DNA of 63,370 nucleotides from Candidatus Omnitrophota bacterium (GTDB lineage Bacteria; Omnitrophota; Omnitrophia; Omnitrophales; Aquincolibacteriaceae): NCBI GenBank assembly GCA_043803685.1, contig JAZDJU010000010.1, positions 1 to 63,370 of the forward strand, read 5' to 3'. Shown piece by piece: positions 9,401 to 14,977 of this stretch (position 1 is its first letter; each line of letters starts with the position of its first letter). The notes under the pieces were generated by a model. It saw only the letters and a program-made list of their open reading frames with translations, ran no database searches and was not told where the DNA came from. The position numbers and the translations under genes were made by a program.

Positions 9401-11872
9401 GTGGCGACCAGTCATCAGCTCGGGAATGTTGTTGTAACCTCCCATCGTGGGACTCGGGCGGCTCAAGAGATATATACGGCTCTTGCGGCCATTGGTATGG
9501 GCACTTTTGGCGCCAAGTGGACATTGTGGGGACCCGGGCGCGGTGCTCTTATCGCTGCGATGACCCAGGCGAATGTTCTGTATAACCAGAGCGGGGCTTT
9601 CCAGAATGTGAAGCTGCCCTATCAGGGTGCTTTGGTCCTTGATCCGAACGGACCGTATAAGGACTACGGCTGGGCCAAGCGGGTCAGAGAAGAGATCGCC
9701 GCTGATGAAGCGCGTCCAGCGGTGAGATTGAGCAACAGCAACTTTAAGCCGGTGAATGTTCCCCAAGGGCTTGTTCCCGCGGTGGAGCATTATGGATTGA
9801 AGCCGACGAAGGTCGAAGTTCTCGACCTCAACGGAGAAGCCGTTCCGGCAGACCTTTTGAGCGATAAGCTCGCCTCTTTTGCGGTGGGTTCTTCCATTGC
9901 TCAAGCATTTGGTTCCGAGCCTTTTACAGGCCTCGGTAAGGGAGTGAAAGAAATTGCGGATGGTGCCGCGGTGCATTTTAGCGAAAGAAGTCTCGAATAT
10001 TTTACGAAACGAAACGCGAAGACCGCAGTCGTTATTTTGGGGGACGAAGGAGGGAGAGATGATTCCTTCTCCTTACCGATCGGAGCGCTCTATGTAGACG
10101 GTAAAAAGATGTCGATGGAGCGCAAGTCGCACCTCTACGAGATGCTCAAGGATCTTCGTGACGAAGGTTACCAGATCCTTTATTTCGTGGGGGATGCCCT
10201 GGAGCATACCAATGGGCTTTATCGGCCGGAGGCTCTCCAAACTCCTTCTGATAGCAACTCGCTCTTTTCGTTCTTCATCGACGAACCCGGTGCGCGGTTA
10301 AACGGGAAAGATCGTTTCTTTATCTCGGATTATTCCCGCATCGGAGGCACGAGTTTTAGCTCTCCGACCAGCGTTACGGTATCGCCCTTCGATCTTCCGA
10401 GCGTGGCGCTGCCCAAGATCGCCAAAGCACGCGGGGAGGACATCGCAACGTTCATGAATCATGCGATCGTTGTTACGTTGGGTCCCCGCGCATCTGAGGA
10501 TCGCAAAGCGTATGAAACGAGTCTATCTAAACACCGCCACCAGGCGATCATCAAGGATATGAATGCTCTGAAAAAGCAATATCCGGGATTGACGATCAAA
10601 ACGCCTGGAGACGGCGATCTTTTGCCGCGCATTGTGTCGGAATTGGGGCTGGATCTTGATGGAAAGCGCATGGTTACCTTTGGCCGCAGCGGCGCTAATG
10701 AAGCAACTGCCGCGACCATTGTGGCGGCTTCTCTGAAGGATGCCCGGTTCTTACATACTTTCGTTTCACCGAACGCCACCGGGAGCAATTTTAGCGCGGC
10801 GACGGCGTACCAGTATTCGGAAGAGGAGATCGAAGGCTTTAAGGAATTAAGTATTCCCGCGGAGATTTACAATAAGCCTCGGGCTAAGAGGGATGTAAAG
10901 GGTAAGGGCATGGCCGCGTTTACGTCGGTTACGGGAGCTTCGGAAGGTCTTTTTGGTAAGACTTTCTCAAGCATCTTCAAGCGGGTTACGTTCACCTCCC
11001 GTGGCGATAAACAAGGCGAAGTAGTGACAAACACACTGTTCGTAAAAGAGGGCGGGGCTTTCATTGTTAGAACCACTATGGCGACAGAGGATCTCGCAGC
11101 GACCAAAAAAGGTTTAGCATGGGCAAGCCATGTGGGTCGGGAGTACTGGCGGGAGCAAGAACAGCCTGCTCGTTCCGAGGTAAGGACGCTCACGGCGGAG
11201 CAACTGCAAGCTCCGATGGTTTCGTTCTCGGAGACGCTCACCAGGCTCAAAGTCTCGATCAAGGGGGTTACCGGGACGGCGAAAAACGTCACGGGCGGGC
11301 TCTATGCTCGAACGATCCTTGCGACGGCGAGCGCGAAAGCGGCGTTGCTAGAGATGGCGGCTAATCCGGAAGAACGGTCTGAGATCGCCAAGAGGTTTAT
11401 GGCGACCGCGATGATGCTCTTGGGTCTTCGTGGCGCGACGGATTCGGATGTGTTCGTGCTTAGTCCCGAATTTGTCCAAAAAGATCTCGGGAAAAAACTT
11501 TCTGCGACCGCCGGTATGCGCAAGCTCTACCGCCAAGCTTCTCTCATAGCGATCGTCACCACGCAGGACGAACAAGATGTTCTTGGAAAGCTCAATCTGC
11601 GTTTGGCTAAGCAAGGTTTGGAGCCGATCGTGGTGGTGGATAAGAACGACGTGGGCGCACTCAAGTCGCATCTTAGCCGCAAGAACGCAATTGTCAGGCC
11701 GATGCTTCTTGGCGGCGAGGTTCTTTCTGTGGAATTGCTGACGCTTCTCGGCAAGAATCAGATCGTCGTGACCGAGGGGATGTACAATCGGTTCGTGGAT
11801 GCGGTCTCTATGCTTGTGGCCGATCTTGTCAGTGGGCTTCAGGCGAAGGCAGCGATGGGACGCAGCGCGTAA
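5..11872 (+). CDS. Giant multi-enzyme protein (at least 3955 aa, 5'-truncated): TraB/Tiki-like region, helical repeats, TPI-like, phosphohexomutase, PGI, enolase-like, GlpX-like and C-terminal domains, separated by RSE[VLM]R motifs
   Basis: Uninterrupted frame, open at the window edge (in-frame GGC at 2-4), ending at TAA 11870-11872 and followed by a terminator. Catalytic motifs of five enzyme families occur in frame. Confidence 0.93.
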   Translation: MHAEVARLKERILDVLAKSPDEKEYVAATRKLSLLKRLFSLEMTRSEYEELRNLPSLSKELAVGLQTTDQRPETKTKGLQSSVSSLQSIFADAVEFYETAIVRENKMFANALKKMDERKEKNAVIVTGGFHAEGLKKLAASQGCAYMQVTPRINEISKRDHEIYLRSIFGARDFESSQMGQPLIEDASMRQILGAKLGSWLASIRELVKGLINSAPVLDRASLSSALSNSSLFGNVAAVRSEVRASQTFLYEAHGVRIHDPELSQAAGQNQMAELGEMLEGVDNHKIASNVAMQHFAEIASTYPRSVRQALSLEISSSMQSLEEDPSGNNETELNVLRAKRRLLSEPESFATSAIANRSEVRKLGEAEFYYNAHGSRIHDPKLTQKAGEQQMAALKEILEDVDGNTIQSSEAMIDVAKRVAEYSPSVRKALAAEVLASMDVLESGALRSDKTQREVLVMQHQLLTAAESFFITETRKAASRSEVRQLKGSEFYYNAHGIEIHDPKLTQKAGEQQMAELKKILEDVDGNTIRSRQAMIDVAKRVAEYSLSARKALSAKVLASRRELGSGASPSDKTQIDVLAEQYLILIRPDSFFMQETKTVAHRPAASVQAIKKAFGAYKPFSVEAFASHFKVTAEDARKQLEKMWRASDNMDRIKKNGAYLYLYSPISVAVQIGPDVRPEDVADAARVVINHSETKEFLGVTAESARKQLDEFLAAGFKVVLAFGDFPVTLTKDGKTTDFEAMGLRKFPTDLKAITDKFMTQTLKSKDRSYETLRKLYQEAEFIREASIDQLIGQFGEYLKLFDFNEEEFRNASDLTASLKKEHDLKAKIISEISTKTEIEYEIGILFSGLKPEDVRDLIKKAYEPIEGIKTVAISEKLAEFRRAYTVQAIAKAAGMSEDQVAVLYGGGGNVKNFAGLKKAGYGGAFIGRASALAKAEPGKDSTANISFAAQETGERLTTIYNAKSTRAPSPAEYMSAYAERGVNTESGVKIIHAVSRLDYRAWQRELSGEKVSSLFEDVSQVASRPQVTIVAGATEATQGIGAYTAHIPAEFLREAGVTQALVDRTKPYAVKQTLNLINAGITPVVYENWEGVAEFFKALGEENLGSIVEMNTAGISGLRITPINALRQFQGQHQGGAVSNRSELRAEVLPEAKWIEIAADEVAIKRAFGTNGIRSDDIEIDGQRRIAAGTADVLAAQWRKAHPGTELPWVMVGFDPRPQGDNGFTPGEMSESKAVAEVFAAYGFKVLFVPKAVAAPFMISASGENVHPRDIFAAVMRTASHNEVVDPKSGKLVSGFKLFMWNAPAADSFTGLISAKINDAEFSKEVPVLNFDQAVIEGKIVVSKDGDNDDPDTVEFRRMQKAFDLKTIGDKIRAKFPAFKIALNTMNGGMSQFGPRVLRAMGIINNNKGFLAFNTKLMNDPSMKSQMLGWVEYQDANTGEMKRVRFAPDPTRAWMRGKDYQDFVAQDPMKTLALLIDGDADRLVAELGKEIIPNEIGMLAAYYLAKYKGQKGHIVRTVPTTGGLDALAQALGLGKVDVTPVGSKWFAGPNKYYDSNLNDVLVAVEESGHIVFNKKGQLFFDHSIGLATLMLEMMAETGKTWQELSDEMWAFIEEKTGQKRIATVRDGISKEDGAENYYALALRLGNPSEDTFRREFATKMEATLAKAGIPWKVTNMDIADAGGAQLQFEGGRKVFPRKSGTDGSVRLYGEVLDTERDLVPVLMKSMREVMDFFVSAQRSEMRKKTYLASAALGIPEIGKNLAYSAGAALRAVFWPNIIDMRKQGKNAMVRNDIPSAKGGAVSSKRSEVREGVLPRVDTPKTPEWKQLRAFAKEMKKKANALRELFRNDPERVSKLTMNLREDVAFDFSKQRITGPILDTLVALAERTGVSESIEKMFTGARINETENRAVLHVALRNVKRDPESGKLVAANGPIFADGKDVMPGVIQVLEQMEAFVQSIHSGTRVGYTKKKIKNIVNMGIGGSDLGGKMATRALIPYQFKRKDGVNVYYVSNVDGTDFAEVVKNLDPEETMFVIASKTFTTAETMQNARSAKDWILRHYGVDTSDQKKADAVVNAHFIALSTAAKLVQEFGITPDEEHMFPFWDWVGGRYSVWSAIGLPLATYIGFDNFLKFLEGARYVDEHFRTKPLRENIPVIKALLNIWNGNFLGARSFAVLPYDQYLSLFPEFAQQFFMESNGKIASRLGRFVRYITGLILWGAAGTNGQHSFYQLLHQGTHLIPADFIGVLKTHNPLPGHHEELFSNVPAQTEALAFGATKEEVKALLEKDLKYKGQDIDWHAAQQTFPGNKPTTTIALDEVNPETLGMLVALYEHQIFVESVVLNIFAFDQWGVQLGKKVALKVRAFLTGERPPEEIASAGISASGEWLIRRWLTRGGGSQAGVESQGGAVSEQFETRQQESREITKMRLASILNGVTGEKAGDNFFMGLVEGWVKEFPGDLRSEVAAEISAAMGMLDKRPFDETRLKVLEKQSELLSSKLPVAVKQADANPSQVEELQAFLNERVTPSTIGVSMLMKAVEKDMEKFALPSRAVLLVEVKAAIEEQERLRVVGTQRSIMAKQIEFLSQGSADVATRSEVRKIVVAASVVGAPEIGANLVKTIVREGAVVSGAWKGNEQFPSDDVQVVSGEGKRDQKSKGSKRSEVRFDAGREPSPYGPDASQEGLRPLYERIAWAREHAPSYTRIKRIYAFSDQKHGMDPKDAISFGVVLEGNTSADSDDVLVINQNASVMGGISAGVLEPGTHGSVAEAIEFFNKNVADSLVGLNVSRPDEITAKILEIDETLRNLARRSDLSSTKTKQRFSYIGAEISIGVSMAATFALAEALGVPTEVVLNYRYNEYTLSTGLAKAVRPMSIPVNYSVVWEGGKHGVAKYLSELISEGVIQDGSRFPERFKDQALIAKKDKSILLAAVPPQELQIMVLAPEWEQARLIGIKLTKLYQAKLKEHGIKTKYGAESGFTTEQLRDKAGNLIDLDLVLDILGEAVDALPANEAKYVRYALDIAASEMYIPEIDMYYVGPSAAKNADGLVTNEEFTQYKLALFQKYGRFISVEDWATEDEIDHWEGAKAIMGSMIQMGDDNTVSRADMIKKFSAVMNAHLQKPNQSAEEHAGIEAVATSHQLGNVVVTSHRGTRAAQEIYTALAAIGMGTFGAKWTLWGPGRGALIAAMTQANVLYNQSGAFQNVKLPYQGALVLDPNGPYKDYGWAKRVREEIAADEARPAVRLSNSNFKPVNVPQGLVPAVEHYGLKPTKVEVLDLNGEAVPADLLSDKLASFAVGSSIAQAFGSEPFTGLGKGVKEIADGAAVHFSERSLEYFTKRNAKTAVVILGDEGGRDDSFSLPIGALYVDGKKMSMERKSHLYEMLKDLRDEGYQILYFVGDALEHTNGLYRPEALQTPSDSNSLFSFFIDEPGARLNGKDRFFISDYSRIGGTSFSSPTSVTVSPFDLPSVALPKIAKARGEDIATFMNHAIVVTLGPRASEDRKAYETSLSKHRHQAIIKDMNALKKQYPGLTIKTPGDGDLLPRIVSELGLDLDGKRMVTFGRSGANEATAATIVAASLKDARFLHTFVSPNATGSNFSAATAYQYSEEEIEGFKELSIPAEIYNKPRAKRDVKGKGMAAFTSVTGASEGLFGKTFSSIFKRVTFTSRGDKQGEVVTNTLFVKEGGAFIVRTTMATEDLAATKKGLAWASHVGREYWREQEQPARSEVRTLTAEQLQAPMVSFSETLTRLKVSIKGVTGTAKNVTGGLYARTILATASAKAALLEMAANPEERSEIAKRFMATAMMLLGLRGATDSDVFVLSPEFVQKDLGKKLSATAGMRKLYRQASLIAIVTTQDEQDVLGKLNLRLAKQGLEPIVVVDKNDVGALKSHLSRKNAIVRPMLLGGEVLSVELLTLLGKNQIVVTEGMYNRFVDAVSMLVADLVSGLQAKAAMGRSA
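737..1810 (+). repeat. Three tandem ~115-120 aa helical repeats in the giant ORF, each preceded by RSEVR
   Basis: FxYxAHGxxIHDPxLxQxAGxxQMAxLxExLExVD occurs three times. Copies 2 and 3 share long identical DNA (gatccatgatccaaagctaacccaaaaagctggcgaacagcaaatggcgg). Confidence 0.95.
2000..3400 (+). other. Domain of giant ORF: triosephosphate isomerase-like, circularly permuted and partly duplicated
   Basis: VVINHSE (His 2081), AYEP (Glu 2600), VLYGG (2723) and GAFIGRAS are followed by IYNAK (Lys 2900) and GAYTAHIPAEFLREAGV (3134). Confidence 0.75.
3449..5224 (+). other. Domain of giant ORF: alpha-D-phosphohexomutase (PGM/PMM family)
   Basis: FGTNGIR, VGFDPR, TASHN (catalytic Ser 3851), DGDADR (4442), EESGH, RKSGTDGSVRLYGE. 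Confidence 0.93.
5441..7190 (+). other. Domain of giant ORF: glucose-6-phosphate isomerase
   Basis: TENRAVLHVALR, GIGGSDLG, SKTFTTAET, DWVGGRYSVWSAIG, MESNGK, GTNGQHSFYQLLHQG, FDQWGVQLGK. Confidence 0.97.
8090..9640 (+). other. Domain of giant ORF: divergent enolase
   Basis: ASVMGGISAG, IGAEISIGVSMA, EGGKH, QELQI, GAESGF, ALDIAASE, SVED, MGDD, LQKPNQ and SHRG occur in canonical enolase order. Confidence 0.88.
9860..11100 (+). other. Domain of giant ORF: class II fructose-1,6-bisphosphatase (GlpX)-like
   Basis: GLGKGVKEIADGAAV, VILGDEGGRDDS, GDALEHTN, RHQAII, GDGDL, GRSGANE and FTSVTG parallel the GlpX motifs GRGDK..AD.AAV, IGEGE.D, DPLEGT, RH, DGDV, GGxPE and ATGVT. Confidence 0.8.
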
Positions 11873-11898
11873 TCGCTCAAGCCGTATAAAGAATACAG

Positions 11899-11933
11899 GG
11901 GGTCAGGCACTTCGGTGCCTGGCCCCTTTTTTT
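11899..11933 (+). terminator. Intrinsic terminator after the giant gene
   Basis: ggggtcaggcac-ttcg-gtgcctggcccc followed by T7. Confidence 0.9.
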
Positions 11934-11942
11934 ATTCCTACC

Positions 11943-12068
11943 TGTAAAATTTTTTCACAAATCCTGTGTCATTTTTAAACAAGGGGTGCTTTGTGCTCAA
12001 GCGCGCTATTTTTACAACTCATTTAATTTCAACAAGTTGCACGGATAAATTTTTGGCATAAAAATTGA
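11943..12068 (+). promoter_or_regulatory. Putative sigma54 promoter with upstream activator-like sites for the hsp20 genes
   Basis: TGGCAT-N5-TTGA at 12054-12068 (GG-N10-GA, one mismatch to the -24/-12 consensus). Tandem TGT-N11-ACA boxes at 11943-11959 and 11965-11981. Confidence 0.5.
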
Positions 12069-12127
12069 AATATATAAGGTAAGAAGGTGAGGGACACCTT
12101 CATCAACCGTATAAAGGAGGAGCTAAC

Positions 12128-12583
12128 ATGAATCCACTTATGAAACACACCAATCGATGGATCGATCCCTTGGATCTGGTTACAGACCTGCAGGGGGACA
12201 TCAACCGTTTATTCTCATCGTCCCTGCGCCGCGAGCCGCAGGCGACGTGCGGAGAATTCCTGCCGAGCCTTGAGTTCAAGGAAGACGAGAACCAGTTCCA
12301 GCTGCATCTGGATATTCCGGGGATGGAACGCAAGGACCTGGATATCTCGGTGAGCGGGAATGTCCTGACAGTGAAGGGGGAACGCAAGGAAGAGGAAAGT
12401 AAAAAGGGGAAAGGCTATTTCTATTCCGAGCGCCGGTACGGAAGTTTCCAGCGGTCGGTGGAGTTGCCTGCCGAGGTCGACGCGGACAAGGTGGCGGCTC
12501 AGTATAAGGATGGCGTTCTGGAATTGACCCTGCCGAAATCCGAGAAGGCCAAACCCAAACAGATCAAGGTGGACGTGAAATAA
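12128..12583 (+). CDS. Small heat shock protein Hsp20 (alpha-crystallin family)
   Basis: LDIPG, LTVKGER, ERRYGSFQRSVELP, AQYKDGVLELTLPK. Strong RBS aaggagg. Confidence 0.96.
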   Translation: MNPLMKHTNRWIDPLDLVTDLQGDINRLFSSSLRREPQATCGEFLPSLEFKEDENQFQLHLDIPGMERKDLDISVSGNVLTVKGERKEEESKKGKGYFYSERRYGSFQRSVELPAEVDADKVAAQYKDGVLELTLPKSEKAKPKQIKVDVK

Positions 12584-12776
12584 CGTCTGGCCAACGAGGG
12601 GTTCCACCCAATTGCGTCCGCGTGGACGCAATTGAATGAGAGCTCCGTCCGAGGTTAGGTTTTCCCCCATTTGTCCGCCAAAAGTCCTTGGACTGATCCG
12701 TCCTCTGGCGGATAAAGGGGGCGCGAGGGGGGATAACGTACTGTGAGATGCATTAATGACAAAAAAGGAGATGTTT

Positions 12777-13463
12777 ATGAGCGAACCCACTCAGAAAAAG
12801 ATACAGGGTACCCACATTGTGATCGCGATCCTGGTCATAGTAGCTCTGCTGCAGACGGTCGTGTTGATCCAGCAGGGGCAGCGTCAGACGGTACTTGAAA
12901 GAAAACAGAATGAATCGAGCTCTCAGTCGCGGGAAGCAGTGCCGGGTTCGCGTTTGAGGCAGCCTACCATCGTTCCGCGGGTCCAGGCGACCGTTTTGCC
13001 CAGGAGTTTCATGAACGATGATCCTTTCGAAGCGTTCGATCAAATGGGCCAGCGCATGAGCAATCTGATGCAGCACTCGTTCATGTTCGGCTCACCGCTT
13101 TTTCAGAACCTGCCCCAGGATGCGGGGTTTGATTTCACTCCGGCTGTGGATCTCGAGGAAACGAAGGACGCCTATATCGTGAAGAGCGATCTTCCGGGCC
13201 TGGAGAAGGACAAGATCGACCTCACTGTGAGGGAGAATGTCCTGACGATCGAGGGTGTGCGCGAGGTCACGAACAAGACCGAGGATCAGAAGAGCGGATA
13301 TTACGCGCAGGAACGCAGTTACGGTTCCTTTGCCCGGAGTTTGAGCCTGCCGGGACCGGTCGATGAGACGAAGATCGTGGCGGATTACAAGAACGGGGTC
13401 CTGACGATTACGCTTCCCAAGGCGGCGGGGCAGAAGAGCGCCCAGAAAGTCGCGGTGCAGTAG
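12777..13463 (+). CDS. Hsp20 family protein with N-terminal hydrophobic anchor or signal segment
   Basis: C-terminal alpha-crystallin motifs (DLPG, ERSYGSFARSLSLP, YKNGVLTITLPK) and N-terminal IVIAILVIVALLQTVVLI. Start chosen from RBS ggag at 12767. Confidence 0.9.
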   Translation: MSEPTQKKIQGTHIVIAILVIVALLQTVVLIQQGQRQTVLERKQNESSSQSREAVPGSRLRQPTIVPRVQATVLPRSFMNDDPFEAFDQMGQRMSNLMQHSFMFGSPLFQNLPQDAGFDFTPAVDLEETKDAYIVKSDLPGLEKDKIDLTVRENVLTIEGVREVTNKTEDQKSGYYAQERSYGSFARSLSLPGPVDETKIVADYKNGVLTITLPKAAGQKSAQKVAVQ

Positions 13464-13475
13464 GCCCTTGTTTCG

Positions 13476-13516
13476 CCACCTACGAGGTGTACATAGCGTG
13501 TACACCTCGTAGGTGG
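13476..13516. repeat. 18-bp perfect inverted repeat between convergent genes (REP-like or terminator); degenerate copy at 23762-23797
   Basis: ccacctacgaggtgtaca-tagcg-tgtacacctcgtaggtgg. Confidence 0.75.
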
Positions 13517-13542
13517 TTTAGGTCATTAAGCTACACGGAAGA

Positions 13543-14829
13543 TCAGGAGGGCTTAAGGCGTCTTACGGTGAAATAGGTGATCGTGAAGATCCCGGCCTCG
13601 ATCATAATGGTTGCGATCGCCGCTCCGACGTAAGAAAAGGAGTCGATCAGGAGAAAGATCATGGGGAGGCCAATCATTGCCATGATCACGTGGATGCGTG
13701 AGTAGATCTGCGTTTTACCGCAGACGAGCAGAAACTGCACGCGGAACGCGTTGGAGCTGATAAAAAAAACAGAGATGAGAAGGAGCCTGAAAGAAAGCAC
13801 GGTTTCCGGATAATTTCCGCCGAAAAGCGTTTGAATGATCGGGCGGGCAAAGATGAAAATAGGAGGAAGGCAGATCAGAGAGATCGTGATCGTGATCCAC
13901 TGGATCCGGCGCATGAAGTCGAAGGCGCGGGCTTTGCTTTTATGGAAGATCTTGCTCAGACGCGGGAAAAGCGCCTGGGAAAAGGAAGAGAGCGGAAACG
14001 TCTGGCAGAGGCCGGCGAGTTTTTCGGCGATGGAGTAAAAGCCGGTGATCGTGTTGTTGGTGAGAAGGCCGATGGCAAAGATACGGGTGGTGGTATAGGC
14101 GTTGATGGCGACGATCGAGACAAAAATGTCCCAGCCTGCCGTGAGTTGTTTCTTCAGGTTCGTGTATCCCGGAAAGCGGAACGAGATCCCGAGGTGTTTA
14201 AAAGCGATATTCTGGCCCCAGAGACCGGTGAAGAGTCCCACCCCCGAAGCGATGAGCGGGACCATGAGATAGTCTTTCGGGCCTCTGACGCAGAACAGAA
14301 TGAGGACGAACGTCAGGATGCCTCCCGCGATGTTGAGGTCCGCGATATATTTCATTTTTTCCGTCCCTTGAAAGAACCAGACGGGGAAGAGCGTATTTCC
14401 GAGGACCATGCCGAAGCTGAATACGTAAACCATCCAGTCGTTTCGGAACTTGGGGATGAAATAAACAATGGCCCCAAGCAGGAGAAGGCTCACGAATGCG
14501 AGGGCCAGTTTTGCCGTCATGACCGACGAAAAGACTTTGCTGATCTCTGCGCGGTCATGCTGGCAAAGGGAGATCTCTTTGGTGGCTGAGACGCTGAAGC
14601 CGTAATCGGTCAGGATCATGAAATACTGCACAAAGGCCTGCGCGAAGGCGATCAGGCCGAATTTTTCCGGACCGATGACCCGGAAAAGGTAAGGCAGGAT
14701 CAGGACCGGGAGGAGATACGTGATGGCCTGCAGGACTGAAAGCGAGGCGAAATTCCGGAGCACAGTCTTTCGCTCGTGAGGATGAGCCATGCCGTAAGTC
14801 TTTTTGATCTGACGGACCAGGGAGTGCAT
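13543..14829 (-). CDS. Polysaccharide flippase, Wzx/RfbX family
   Basis: Multi-TM protein with NFASLSVLQAITYLLP..PYL.R..G.E.FG, DYGF and WFFQG.E.M motifs. Start uncertain (14829 or 14790). Confidence 0.88.
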   Translation of the reverse strand: MHSLVRQIKKTYGMAHPHERKTVLRNFASLSVLQAITYLLPVLILPYLFRVIGPEKFGLIAFAQAFVQYFMILTDYGFSVSATKEISLCQHDRAEISKVFSSVMTAKLALAFVSLLLLGAIVYFIPKFRNDWMVYVFSFGMVLGNTLFPVWFFQGTEKMKYIADLNIAGGILTFVLILFCVRGPKDYLMVPLIASGVGLFTGLWGQNIAFKHLGISFRFPGYTNLKKQLTAGWDIFVSIVAINAYTTTRIFAIGLLTNNTITGFYSIAEKLAGLCQTFPLSSFSQALFPRLSKIFHKSKARAFDFMRRIQWITITISLICLPPIFIFARPIIQTLFGGNYPETVLSFRLLLISVFFISSNAFRVQFLLVCGKTQIYSRIHVIMAMIGLPMIFLLIDSFSYVGAAIATIMIEAGIFTITYFTVRRLKPS

Positions 14830-14977
14830 GGCGGACAATCTACAAGGTTCTGCCCTGCAAAACAAGGGCCGACAACAGACCGCAGACTGTGGACGGCAGA
14901 CGACAGATACCGTGCTTTTGCAGTAGTCTGTGGTCTGCAGTCTGTAGTCTCATGCCATGCTGTGATACAATTTCCGC

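Noticed and set aside
248..11754. Many minus-strand and alternate-frame ORFs inside the giant gene
   Set aside because: Fully overlapped by a motif-rich frame and have no recognisable domains.
5..11872. Giant ORF as an artefactual read-through or mis-assembly of a glycolytic operon
   Set aside because: There are no stops or frameshifts over 11.9 kb, junctions carry a coded peptide motif rather than intergenic or RBS-like sequence, and a single terminator follows. Read-level confirmation is still advisable.
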